Source of the DNA: Oscillospiraceae bacterium
Lineage (GTDB): Bacteria; Bacillota; Clostridia; Oscillospirales; Oscillospiraceae
Direction: 5' to 3'
Assembly: GCA_031261585.1 (NCBI GenBank)
Contig: JAISJJ010000126.1
Location: 1 to 63,180, forward strand
DNA: 63,180 nucleotides
Shown here: piece after piece, positions 8,071 to 16,288 of the stretch
How the letters are laid out: each line of letters opens with the position of its first letter
How positions within the stretch are numbered: the stretch's first letter is position 1
Notes under the pieces: generated by a model
Told to the model about the DNA's origin: nothing
The model's input: only the letters and a program-made list of their open reading frames with translations
Database searches by the model: none
Made by a program: the position numbers and the translations under genes

Positions 8071-8158
8071 GAACGCGGCGCGGGATATCCGAATAACCCC
8101 GCGAGGTCAGTCATCGCAATCCCGCCACATGACAGAAAGAACAACAAAGAGGTAGAAA

Positions 8159-10045
8159 ATGAAGAGAGAATCCAAACCCGCAAAACCCAAGATACACCCG
8201 ACGCGGCTCGAACTGCTCGGCATGTTCATTCGCGGCTCGAAACGGCACTTCGCGCTGTCCATCGCGCTCAATGCGGTGGCGGTCGCGATATCGTTTGTGA
8301 CGCCGTTGCTCGTCGGATACATCGTCGACTACGTGACGTACCTGAAAACGGGTGCGGACAAGCCCGTCAACCGCACGATTGAGTTGATCATCGGAGCGAC
8401 ACAGCGCGTATTCGGCACGTCGTCGGTACTGCTGACGGGCGCGATAGCCGTGTGCGTGTGCGCGGTGTTCGCCGCCGTGATCACGTTTTTGTACCGCCGC
8501 ATACTTGCGACGGCGAGTGAGACGTTCGTCAAGACGGCGCGCGACACGCTGTTCGACCACGTGCAGCGGCTGCCGTTCAAGTGGCACACGGAGCATCAGA
8601 CGGGCGACATCATCCAGCGGTGTACGTCCGACGTGGAGACGACGCGCAACTTCATCACGAACCAGCTCGTGACCATACTGCGCACGATAATCATGATGGT
8701 GGCGGCGATGTACATACTGTTCACGATCAATGTACCGCTCGCCGTCGTCGTCGCGGCGTTCATACCCGTGATCGTCGTGTACTCGTACTTCTTCTCGAAG
8801 AAACTCGCGAAACAATTCCTCGAACTCGACAACGCCGAGGGTGCGCTGACGATCAACGTGCAGGAGAACCTCACGGGCGTGCGCGTGATACGAGCGTTCG
8901 GACGAGAGAAGCACGAGACGGAGAAGTTCGACGGGCTGAACGACAAGTATTCCGACATCTGGGTGCGGTACGGCAAGACCATGTCGCTGTTTTGGAGCGT
9001 GGGAGACGCCGCGTCGGCGGCAAATCTGCTCGTCGTCGTCGCGGTGGGTGCGATTTTCGCGGCGCGCGGCTCGATAAGCATCGGCGACATGCTCGTGTTC
9101 ATCACATGCACGCAGCAGATCATGTGGCCTGTGCGTCAGATGGGGCGCACGCTGTCGGAGATGACGAAAGCGAGTGTGTCGCTAAAACGTCTCGGTGAGA
9201 TTCTCGGTGCGGAGGCGGAGACAGAGCCTGAAACCGCGCTGAAACCGCCGATGAACGGCGATATCGTGTTCAACGATGTGTCGTTCGAGTACACACCGTC
9301 GCAGGTTGCGGCGCAAGAGGGCGAAGCGGAGACAGAGACGCGCGTGCCGCACGACGTGATCCGCCACCTGAACCTAACGGTCAAGGGCGGTACCACGCTC
9401 GGCATACTCGGCGCGACGGGCAGCGGCAAGAGTACGCTGACGTACCTGCTCACGCGCCTGTTCGACGTACCCGACGGCGGCGGTAGCATAACCGTCGGCG
9501 GCGTGGACGTGCGCGCGATAAATCGGCACTATCTGCGCGAAAATATCGGGCTGGTGTTGCAGGAGCCGTTCCTGTTCTCGAAAACCATCGCGGAGAATAT
9601 CGCGATCACCGAGGACGGCGAGACTGACACCGACCGTGTGCGCGCAAAAGCGCGTGTAGCATCGATAGACGACGATATCGCGGCGTTTGAACACGGTTAC
9701 GAGACGAAGATCGGGGAGCGCGGCGTGACGCTGTCGGGCGGTCAGAAGCAGCGTGTGGCGATTGCGCGGACGCTGATGAAGGAGTCGCCCGTCATGATCT
9801 TCGACGACTCGATGTCCGCACTCGATATGGAGACGGATCGGCGCATACGCGACGGACTGCGCGCCGCGACGGGTACCGCGACCGTGATCATCATCTCGCA
9901 CCGCGTCGCGACGCTCATGACCGCCGACAACATCGCCGTACTCGAGGACGGACATATATCCGAGTTCGGCACCCACGCGGAACTGCTCGCGCTCGGCGGG
10001 CATTATCGGCGGGTATACGATATACAGTCGTCAATTGACAGTTGA
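8159..10045 (+). CDS. ABC exporter, fused permease/ATPase (type I exporter half-transporter)
   Basis: 628 aa: six-TM N-terminal half, then Walker A GATGSGKST, signature LSGGQKQRVAIAR and Walker B VMIFDDSMSALD. Confidence 0.9.
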   Translation: MKRESKPAKPKIHPTRLELLGMFIRGSKRHFALSIALNAVAVAISFVTPLLVGYIVDYVTYLKTGADKPVNRTIELIIGATQRVFGTSSVLLTGAIAVCVCAVFAAVITFLYRRILATASETFVKTARDTLFDHVQRLPFKWHTEHQTGDIIQRCTSDVETTRNFITNQLVTILRTIIMMVAAMYILFTINVPLAVVVAAFIPVIVVYSYFFSKKLAKQFLELDNAEGALTINVQENLTGVRVIRAFGREKHETEKFDGLNDKYSDIWVRYGKTMSLFWSVGDAASAANLLVVVAVGAIFAARGSISIGDMLVFITCTQQIMWPVRQMGRTLSEMTKASVSLKRLGEILGAEAETEPETALKPPMNGDIVFNDVSFEYTPSQVAAQEGEAETETRVPHDVIRHLNLTVKGGTTLGILGATGSGKSTLTYLLTRLFDVPDGGGSITVGGVDVRAINRHYLRENIGLVLQEPFLFSKTIAENIAITEDGETDTDRVRAKARVASIDDDIAAFEHGYETKIGERGVTLSGGQKQRVAIARTLMKESPVMIFDDSMSALDMETDRRIRDGLRAATGTATVIIISHRVATLMTADNIAVLEDGHISEFGTHAELLALGGHYRRVYDIQSSIDS

Positions 10046-10358
10046 CAGTTGACAATTAGGACGGGAATAAGACGTGGGCAAACACCGCCGCTTGCGAGCG
10101 GCACCCCCTTTTCGAAAGGGGGCAAGGTTGGACGATGGTTGCGGAGACGCTGGAAAGCGGTCGTAGGGGCGATTAGTAATCGCCCGTCCAACGTCCAAAC
10201 GTCCTCCGTCTAAACGTCCCTCGTCCCTGCCCCCTTTCGGAAAGGGGGTGCCGTCCGCAGACGGCGGGGGTTTGCCCCGTCCATCGTCCCCCGCTCTAAC
10301 CTCTAACATCTAACCTTTGCTCGTGCCGTCCGCAGACGGCGGGGGTTTGCCCCGCTCG
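10031..10358. repeat. mosaic intergenic repeat block
   Basis: Contains TTGACAR heptamers (10031-10060), CCCCCTTTTCGAAAGGGGG and CCCCCTTTCGGAAAGGGGG palindromes, GTAGGGGCGAT..ATCGCCC (10163-10185), the heptamer run tctaacc/tctaaca/tctaacc, and a 32-nt exact direct repeat (10248-10279 = 10323-10354). Confidence 0.85.
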
Positions 10359-10408
10359 GCGCGAATGAAACCAACTGCATAAAACAAAACCACAGAGGAG
10401 AAGAAAAA

Positions 10409-12244
10409 GTGAGTGAAATTACGGAAGAACAACTCGAAAATCTGCAACATAAGCGTTTTCAGCCGAAATTGTGGCTGAGATTTCTCAAATACCTCGCGCC
10501 GATGAAATCGGTGTTCATAGCCTGCGTGATACTCGGCATAGCCGTCGGCATACTCGAAGGCTCGTACCCGATGTTTACGCGGTACGCTGTCGACCATTTC
10601 ATCACAGCGCAGACGACGCAGGGGATCGGCGCGTTCGTCGCCGTGTTCTCGGTGACGATGATCGCGGTGACGTTTATCAACTACTTCTGGTTCACGTTCG
10701 TGGTCAAGATCGAGGTCGGTGTCACGAAAACGATGCGCGCCGCGCTGTTCCGCCATTTTCAGGATCTGTCGGTCGACTTTTTCTCGAAAAACTCGGTCGG
10801 CTACCTCATCGGTCGGTTCGTCAGCGACATCTCGCGCATAGCGGAGTTCGCGTCGTGGAGTGCGCAGGTGTGCGTGTACATCATCGCGCTCACCATCGCC
10901 ATGCTCGTGTTCATGTTCTCGCTGTCGTGGCAGCTCGGACTTATCGCGATCGTCATGATACCCGTCACCGTCGGGTTGACGTGGATCGTCGAGCCGCGCA
11001 TCGTGAAACTCAGCCGCCGCAGCCGCGAGTTGAACTCGCGCATATCGGGCGCGTTCAACGAGGGCATCACGGGCGCGAAAACCGCGAAAACGCTCGTAGC
11101 GGAGGGCAAATTCACGCGCGATTTCAAGGGTTTGACGGGAAAAATGTTCACAGCGTCCCGCAATGTCGCGACGCTGAACGGCGTGTGGCAGCCGATACTC
11201 ATGCTGATCGGCACCGTGGCTGTCGGCTCGGTGCTGTACCGCGGCGGTGTGCTGGTCGAAAAGGATTTGATGGCGTACGGCGTACTCGCGGCGTTCATCT
11301 CGTACGCTCGGCAGTTCGTCGAGCCGCTGTCGCAGATAGCGGAGGTATACAACGAGATGCTGTCGTCGCAGACGTCGCTCGAACGCGCGATGCTGCTCAT
11401 GGACACCGCGATCTCCGTCGCGGACTCGCCCGAGGTTATCGAAAAGTACGGCGACGCGCAGCACCCACGCCGCGAGAACTGGGAACCGCTGCACGGCGAT
11501 ATCGAATTTCGCAACGTGTCGTTCCGCTACCCCGACACCGAGCAGTACATTCTGCGCGATTTCAGTCTGAATGTGCCGCGCGGGTCGAGCGTCGCCATCG
11601 TCGGCGAGACGGGAGCGGGCAAATCGACGATTGTGAACCTCGCGTGTCGGTTCTTTGAGCCGACGAGCGGCGAGATTCTCATCGACGGCACAGACTATCG
11701 CGAACGCAGCGTCCTGTGGCTGCACTCGAATCTCGGCTACGTCCTGCAAGACCCGCACCTGTTCAGCGGCACGATCCGCGACAACATACGCTACGGCAGA
11801 CTCGACGCGACGGACGCTGAGGTCGAGACTGCGGCGCGGCTCGTGTCCGCCGACGGCGTGGCGAACCGCTGCGACAAGGGCTACGACACCGAGGTCGGCG
11901 AGGGCGGCGCGCAACTCAGCACGGGCGAAAAACAACTCGTATCGTTCGCCCGCGCGGTACTCGCGAACCCGCCGCTGTTCGTCCTCGACGAGGCGACATC
12001 GAGCATCGACACCGAGACAGAACGCCTGATTCAGGACGCGATATCGCGCGTGCTGACAGGGCGCACGTCGTTCATCATAGCGCACCGACTGTCCACAATC
12101 GTGCGCTGTGACCTGATACTCGTCGTCGAGGACGGCGAAATAGTCGAGCGCGGCACCCACGCGGAGTTGATAGCACTCGGCGGACGGTACAAGGCGTTGT
12201 TCGATGCAATGCGGCTCGAGGAAGCGATGGCGGTCGGGGGTTGA
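10409..12244 (+). CDS. ABC exporter, fused permease/ATPase; partner of 8159-10045
   Basis: GTG start with AGAGGAGAAG RBS; 611 aa. GETGAGKST, LSTGEKQLVSFARA, LFVLDEATSSID. Confidence 0.9.
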   Translation: MSEITEEQLENLQHKRFQPKLWLRFLKYLAPMKSVFIACVILGIAVGILEGSYPMFTRYAVDHFITAQTTQGIGAFVAVFSVTMIAVTFINYFWFTFVVKIEVGVTKTMRAALFRHFQDLSVDFFSKNSVGYLIGRFVSDISRIAEFASWSAQVCVYIIALTIAMLVFMFSLSWQLGLIAIVMIPVTVGLTWIVEPRIVKLSRRSRELNSRISGAFNEGITGAKTAKTLVAEGKFTRDFKGLTGKMFTASRNVATLNGVWQPILMLIGTVAVGSVLYRGGVLVEKDLMAYGVLAAFISYARQFVEPLSQIAEVYNEMLSSQTSLERAMLLMDTAISVADSPEVIEKYGDAQHPRRENWEPLHGDIEFRNVSFRYPDTEQYILRDFSLNVPRGSSVAIVGETGAGKSTIVNLACRFFEPTSGEILIDGTDYRERSVLWLHSNLGYVLQDPHLFSGTIRDNIRYGRLDATDAEVETAARLVSADGVANRCDKGYDTEVGEGGAQLSTGEKQLVSFARAVLANPPLFVLDEATSSIDTETERLIQDAISRVLTGRTSFIIAHRLSTIVRCDLILVVEDGEIVERGTHAELIALGGRYKALFDAMRLEEAMAVGG

Positions 12245-12287
12245 CAACGCGAATCATGCGTTGTACACTTGTAGCAGAACTTGACAA

Positions 12288-12428
12288 GGCGACCGCGCAG
12301 GGTCGCCCCTACGCAAGACAAAACACGTGAGCGAAAACAAGACCCTGACGCGCACCGCAGAGCGATATTGCAGAATGAAGAATTTTGCGTAGGGGCGACC
12401 CTGCGTGGTCGCCCTGTATCGGTTTGCC
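12288..12428. repeat. partial copy of mosaic module Y plus a GTAGGGGCGACC hairpin
   Basis: 12288-12365 aligns with 56208-56285 (ggcgaccNcgcagggtcgcccctac..acacgtgagcg..aagaccctg..cgcacc). GTAGGGGCGACC..GGTCGCCC lies at 12389-12414. Confidence 0.75.
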
Positions 12429-12474
12429 ACAGTCTCAATTCAGAACTTTCATTAACAATCAAAGGAGAAACAAA

Positions 12475-13020
12475 ATGGATTACTTTAAGGATTACTTTGA
12501 GCGAGAAGCAGCCTACAAAAAGCTGAAGCCCTCCGATATAGCGGACATATCTGACGATGATCTGTTAGGTGCGGTTATGACATGGATGATTGAGTTGTTA
12601 GACGGCAAGTGGAGTGACGAATACAGCATTGTTTCCGCAATGCCGAAACCCTGCATGCTGATTTGGGCAAGCAGCAGTAATTACAACCAGATACACAACA
12701 TGGGTTTGGAAGCAGTATACTTAGAGCATAATTATCGGCAGTTTGCAGAGGCTGCCGCCGAGGGATACGAGGTTATCGGCGCAGATAAATTGGCTGTTGC
12801 AATCAGGAAGGCAAATGAGCGTATTGGACAAATTGTCAAAACCGTTATGCCTGACGGCGACACCTACGATGAAAAGGCGGATAAGTTGATCTTAGACGCG
12901 TTCGAGGAATATATCGATGAGTTTGAGAATGAGTTTTACGAAGCGACAAGAATATACGACAACAATAGACTGAGTGCCGCGTACATCAGAAAACACGCGG
13001 AGTGTTTCGGTGCGCAATAG
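12475..13020 (+). CDS. hypothetical protein, possibly DMP19/DUF4375-like; low-GC
   Basis: Track ORF 12385-13020; real start is ATG 12475 behind AAAGGAGAAA. The central segment NYNQIHNMGLEAVYLEHNYRQFAEAAAEGYEVIGADKLAVAIRKA resembles the NGG..Y/F...GL..IGA pattern of DUF4375 (recollection, weak). A/T-rich third positions contrast with the neighbours. Confidence 0.6.
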   Translation: MDYFKDYFEREAAYKKLKPSDIADISDDDLLGAVMTWMIELLDGKWSDEYSIVSAMPKPCMLIWASSSNYNQIHNMGLEAVYLEHNYRQFAEAAAEGYEVIGADKLAVAIRKANERIGQIVKTVMPDGDTYDEKADKLILDAFEEYIDEFENEFYEATRIYDNNRLSAAYIRKHAECFGAQ

Positions 13021-13029
13021 ACGACGGAA

Positions 13030-13065
13030 CAACCCCGAAATGCCGACACCTGCATTTCGGGGTTG
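13030..13065 (+). terminator. 14-bp stem hairpin between the two islet genes (no U-run)
   Basis: CAACCCCGAAATGC cgacacct GCATTTCGGGGTTG. Confidence 0.4.
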
Positions 13066-13096
13066 CGAAATGTAGTAAACGGAAAGAGAGCGCGTT

Positions 13097-13609
13097 ATGA
13101 TTTGGCGTTATTTGGCACTGATTCCGCTTTGCGGGTTTTATATAGCTGTGCAATTGAAATGGCAGCGCACCCGCGACGCGAAGAACACAAAATGGATGCG
13201 CGCGGTGCAGTGCGCCATTACCGTCGCGATTAACGTGTGGTTTTTGGTGATGCTGAGCAGGTTCGGAGCGGACGCAAACGTAGCAGAGACGGTCGAATCA
13301 ATCATATATATCGTGGTTTCGCCGCTTTTATTGTTAGTCTCGTTCAATCGGGAGAGGACACAGGGTCCCGACGACGAACGCAAGCGCGGCGAGACAACGT
13401 GGCTGTTTCTGCTGGCGGTTGTGTCACTTGTCAGAGCGACGCGAATGTTGTTGTTCGGCGATACCGAGTGGACGCTGAACCACCCTATGATAAACCGCAG
13501 TCTGATTGTGCTGTTTGTCGCGGGTATATTGGTTTGCATAGTGATTCCCGCAGTTTTACTGATTGTTATCGCAATCCGCAAAAAGCGGTCAGACAGAGAC
13601 GACCGTTGA
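13097..13609 (+). CDS. hypothetical integral membrane protein (170 aa, 4-5 TM)
   Basis: GGAAAGAGAG RBS. Hydrophobic segments LALIPLCGFYIAV, AITVAINVWFLVML, IIYIVVSPLLLLV, WLFLLAVVSLV and LIVLFVAGILVCIVIPAVLLIVIAI. Confidence 0.6.
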   Translation: MIWRYLALIPLCGFYIAVQLKWQRTRDAKNTKWMRAVQCAITVAINVWFLVMLSRFGADANVAETVESIIYIVVSPLLLLVSFNRERTQGPDDERKRGETTWLFLLAVVSLVRATRMLLFGDTEWTLNHPMINRSLIVLFVAGILVCIVIPAVLLIVIAIRKKRSDRDDR

Positions 13610-13620
13610 CCTTTTCAATA

Positions 13621-13655
13621 AAAATCGGAGTTGTGCAATCCACAACTCCGATTTT
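13621..13655. terminator. bidirectional rho-independent terminator between convergent genes
   Basis: AAAATCGGAGTTGTG caatc CACAACTCCGATTTT, with A-run and T-run on either side. Confidence 0.75.
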
Positions 13656-13660
13656 CTCAT

Positions 13661-15946
13661 TTACAGCCGATTCCGCTGTATCTTTCCGTTAATCGTCTTG
13701 GGCAGTTCGTCGCGGAACACGACGATGCGCGGATATTTGTACGGCGCGGTGTGCGTTTTTACGTAGTTTTGAATCTCTTTCGCGAGTTCGTCGTTCGGCT
13801 CACGCCCGCTGTTCTTCGTCAACACGATGCTCGCCTTGACGACCTGACCGCGCACCTCGTCGGGTGCGGACGACACGCCGCATTCGAGGACGTACGGCAG
13901 TTCCATGATTACCGACTCAATCTCGAACGGTCCGATACGGTAGCCCGAGGACTTGATCACGTCGTCCACGCGTCCGACGTACCAGAAGTAGCCCTCCTCG
14001 TCGCGCCACGCCGTGTCGCCCGTGTGATAAACGCCGAATTTCCAAGCGTCGGAGGTCTTTTTGTCCTCCAGATAGTAGCCGAGGAACAGCCCCGCGGGCT
14101 TGCCGTTATCCACGCGCACGACGATCTCGCCCGTCTCACCCGACGCCACGGGGTTGCCCTCGGGGTCGATTACATCGAGTGTGTACGCGGGGTTCGCCTT
14201 GCCCATGGAGCCGATTTTCGGGGTCATGCCGACGAAGTTGCCGATCAGAATCGTCGATTCCGTCTGCCCGAAGCCCTCGTAGATCGACAGACCCGTCGCC
14301 TCCTTGAACTTGTAAAACACCTCGGGGTTCAGAGCCTCGCCCGCCGTCGTCGCGTGGCGGATACTGCTCAAATCGAACTTCGACAGATCCTCGCGGATCA
14401 GAAAACGGTAGATCGTCGGCGGCGCGCAGAACGTCGTGATGTTGTGCTTCTTGAACAGCGGCAGTACGTCGTTCGCGTCGAATCGGTCGAAATCGTACGT
14501 GAAAATCGCGCCCTCGCACAGCCATTGCCCGTACAGCTTGCCCCACAACGCCTTGCCCCAGCCCGTGTCGGAGATCGTGAAGTGGATGCCGTTCGGGTCG
14601 ACGCGGTGCCAGTAGTACGCCGTCGCGAAATGTCCGAGACCGTAGGTGTGCGAGTGCGTCACGAGTTTCGGATAGCCCGTCGTACCCGACGAGAAGAACA
14701 TGAGCATCGGGTCGTCGCCGCCCGGCGTGTCGTCCGTGCGCGGGAAGCGCGAACGGTACGTCTGGTACTCTGTGTCGAAGTCGTGCCACCCGTCAACCGC
14801 GCCGTTGCACATGACGCGCAGACGCACGTCCGTACAGTACGCCATCGCCTTTTCCGCTTCGAGATACGCGTTCGACTGCGAGGTCGTGATGATCGCGGAG
14901 ACGGAACCCGCCTTGAAGCGGTAGTCGAAGTCCTTTTCGAGCAGTTGGTCGGGCGCGGGGATCATGATCGCGCCGATTCTGTGCAGCGCGAGGACGTTCA
15001 CCCAGAACTGCCAGTTGCGTTTCAGCACGAGCATCACGTGGTCGCCCTTTTTCACGCCGAGCGACACGAGATAGTTCGCCGCGCGCGCGCTCAGCCGCGA
15101 CATGTCCTCGAACGTGAACCGACGCTCGTTGCGGTCGCGGTCGATGTGCAGCATCGCGAGCTTATCGGGCGACTTATCGGCGAGAACGTCCACCACGTCG
15201 AACGCGAAGTTGTACCGCGCCGTGTTCTTGAACCGAATCGCGAGCGGACCGCCGCTCTCGTCCTCCTCCACGTCGATGAAGTTGTTGAAGATGAGCGGCT
15301 CGTTTTTCGCGAGCGGCGTGATCGTCTCTCCGCGTGCAGAAATAGGTTCTGCGTTCTCGCCGCTTATCAGCACCGCGCAGAACACGCAGTCCGCACCGCC
15401 GACGGCGATCTCGCCGTGCGGGAAACTGCTGTTGTAGTAGATGGAGTCGCCCGCGCCGAGTACGACGCTGTGACCGCCGATCTGTACCTTGAGCTGCCCC
15501 TCCAACACGAGGTCGAACTCGTGTCCGTCGTGGCTGTGCAGTTCAATGGGCGCGGACTGCAACGCGGGGTCGAATTTGTACGTGACCCAGTGCGGCGTTG
15601 CGAGTTTGTCGCGGAACAGCGGCGCGATCTCGCGAATCTCCACGCCCGGTTCAGTCGCGGTGACGCGTCCCTCGCCGCGCCGCGTGACGGTGAAACCCGT
15701 GAGCCGCGCGGTACTCTCGCCCTCGACCAGTTCCGCCATCTCAACGCCGAAAAACTCGGCGCAGTTGCGGATAAACGAGTACGGCAGATCGACCGTACCC
15801 GACTCGAAGCGAACGTATTCCTCCTCGGAAAACCCCGTTTTCTCAGCGGTTTCCGCGGTGGTCAGATTCGCGATTTCGCGCAGTTCCCGCACGCGCGCGG
15901 CGATGCTCAAAAGGTCGGTCTGCGCGCTCTTGGCAGTCTGTTTCAT
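13661..15946 (-). CDS. fusion protein: XRE HTH + cupin + AMP-forming (medium-chain-type) acyl-CoA synthetase
   Basis: Track ORF 13661-16030; start is ATG 15946 behind GGGAGGA. N-terminus LLSIAARVRELREIANLTTAETAEKTGFSEEEYVRFESG (HTH); HSHDGHEFDLVLEGQL..GDSIYYNSSFPHG (cupin); adenylation motifs FFSSGTTGYPKLV, GFGQTES, YHTGD, GRVDDVIKSSGYRIGPFEIE, PKTINGKIQR. Confidence 0.9.
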   Translation of the reverse strand: MKQTAKSAQTDLLSIAARVRELREIANLTTAETAEKTGFSEEEYVRFESGTVDLPYSFIRNCAEFFGVEMAELVEGESTARLTGFTVTRRGEGRVTATEPGVEIREIAPLFRDKLATPHWVTYKFDPALQSAPIELHSHDGHEFDLVLEGQLKVQIGGHSVVLGAGDSIYYNSSFPHGEIAVGGADCVFCAVLISGENAEPISARGETITPLAKNEPLIFNNFIDVEEDESGGPLAIRFKNTARYNFAFDVVDVLADKSPDKLAMLHIDRDRNERRFTFEDMSRLSARAANYLVSLGVKKGDHVMLVLKRNWQFWVNVLALHRIGAIMIPAPDQLLEKDFDYRFKAGSVSAIITTSQSNAYLEAEKAMAYCTDVRLRVMCNGAVDGWHDFDTEYQTYRSRFPRTDDTPGGDDPMLMFFSSGTTGYPKLVTHSHTYGLGHFATAYYWHRVDPNGIHFTISDTGWGKALWGKLYGQWLCEGAIFTYDFDRFDANDVLPLFKKHNITTFCAPPTIYRFLIREDLSKFDLSSIRHATTAGEALNPEVFYKFKEATGLSIYEGFGQTESTILIGNFVGMTPKIGSMGKANPAYTLDVIDPEGNPVASGETGEIVVRVDNGKPAGLFLGYYLEDKKTSDAWKFGVYHTGDTAWRDEEGYFWYVGRVDDVIKSSGYRIGPFEIESVIMELPYVLECGVSSAPDEVRGQVVKASIVLTKNSGREPNDELAKEIQNYVKTHTAPYKYPRIVVFRDELPKTINGKIQRNRL

Positions 15947-15970
15947 GGAATATCCTCCCGATTGGGGCAT

Positions 15971-16253
15971 AAAAAATCCCGCCCCAAAGATGATTCTTTG
16001 AGACGAGATTTGAAAATCCCGCGGTACCACTCAAATTGCGCCTTGCACGAGGCAAGTTCGCCGCTCGCGGATCCATACAGACCCTGTCCTGTGACGGGAA
16101 CACCCGTGAACACCTACTCGCTTGCGCGTTCGGCAATTCAGGCTCGGAAGTGATGGGCTGACGTTCTCTCGCGCACCGTCTCGCACCAACCGACGGCTCT
16201 CTGGAAGCGCGGCGGAACAGCCGTCTTCGTCATAGCTTTTAGAATATTGAATT
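15971..16253 (-). promoter_or_regulatory. T-box riboswitch leader (tRNA-sensing transcription attenuator)
   Basis: Minus strand: AUGACGAAG..CUUCCGAGCC (K-turn region); AGAGAG + CCGUC-GGUUGGUGCGA-GACGG (Stem I distal); AAUUUGAGUGGUACCGCGGG (T-box). Antiterminator: UUUGAG/CUCAAA + bulge UGGUACC + GCGGGAUUU/AAAUCUCGU. Competing 17-bp terminator: AAAUCUCGUCUCAAAGA/UCUUUGGGGCGGGAUUU + U-run (15971-16011). Confidence 0.8.
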
Positions 16254-16259
16254 TTATTT

Positions 16260-16288
16260 AGAATAACACGCCGCGCGCGCGTTGTCAA
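16260..16288 (-). promoter_or_regulatory. sigma-A promoter for the T-box leader
   Basis: Minus strand TTGACA (16288-16283), 17 nt, TATTCT (16265-16260). Confidence 0.5.

Noticed and set aside
10031-10358. Possible CRISPR array, because of regularly recurring GC-rich palindromes in this block and in 45181-45832 and 56041-56665.
   Set aside because: There is no constant-length repeat alternating with unique spacers. The modules are heterogeneous, mostly self-complementary and scattered singly across many intergenic regions. No cas genes are present.
13631-16153. 840-aa plus-strand ORF in the track, plus similar long ORFs at 1594-2904(-), 3211-4230(-), 8111-8914(-), 10310-12247(-), 42361-43392(+), 45824-46867(+), 51067-52155(+), 52159-53904(+), 57818-59119(-), 59718-60821(-) and 61968-62843(-).
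   Set aside because: All lie antisense to, or out of frame with, genes that have clear family signatures. Their translations are Arg/Ala/His-rich low-complexity strings typical of shadow ORFs in GC-rich DNA. None has an RBS.
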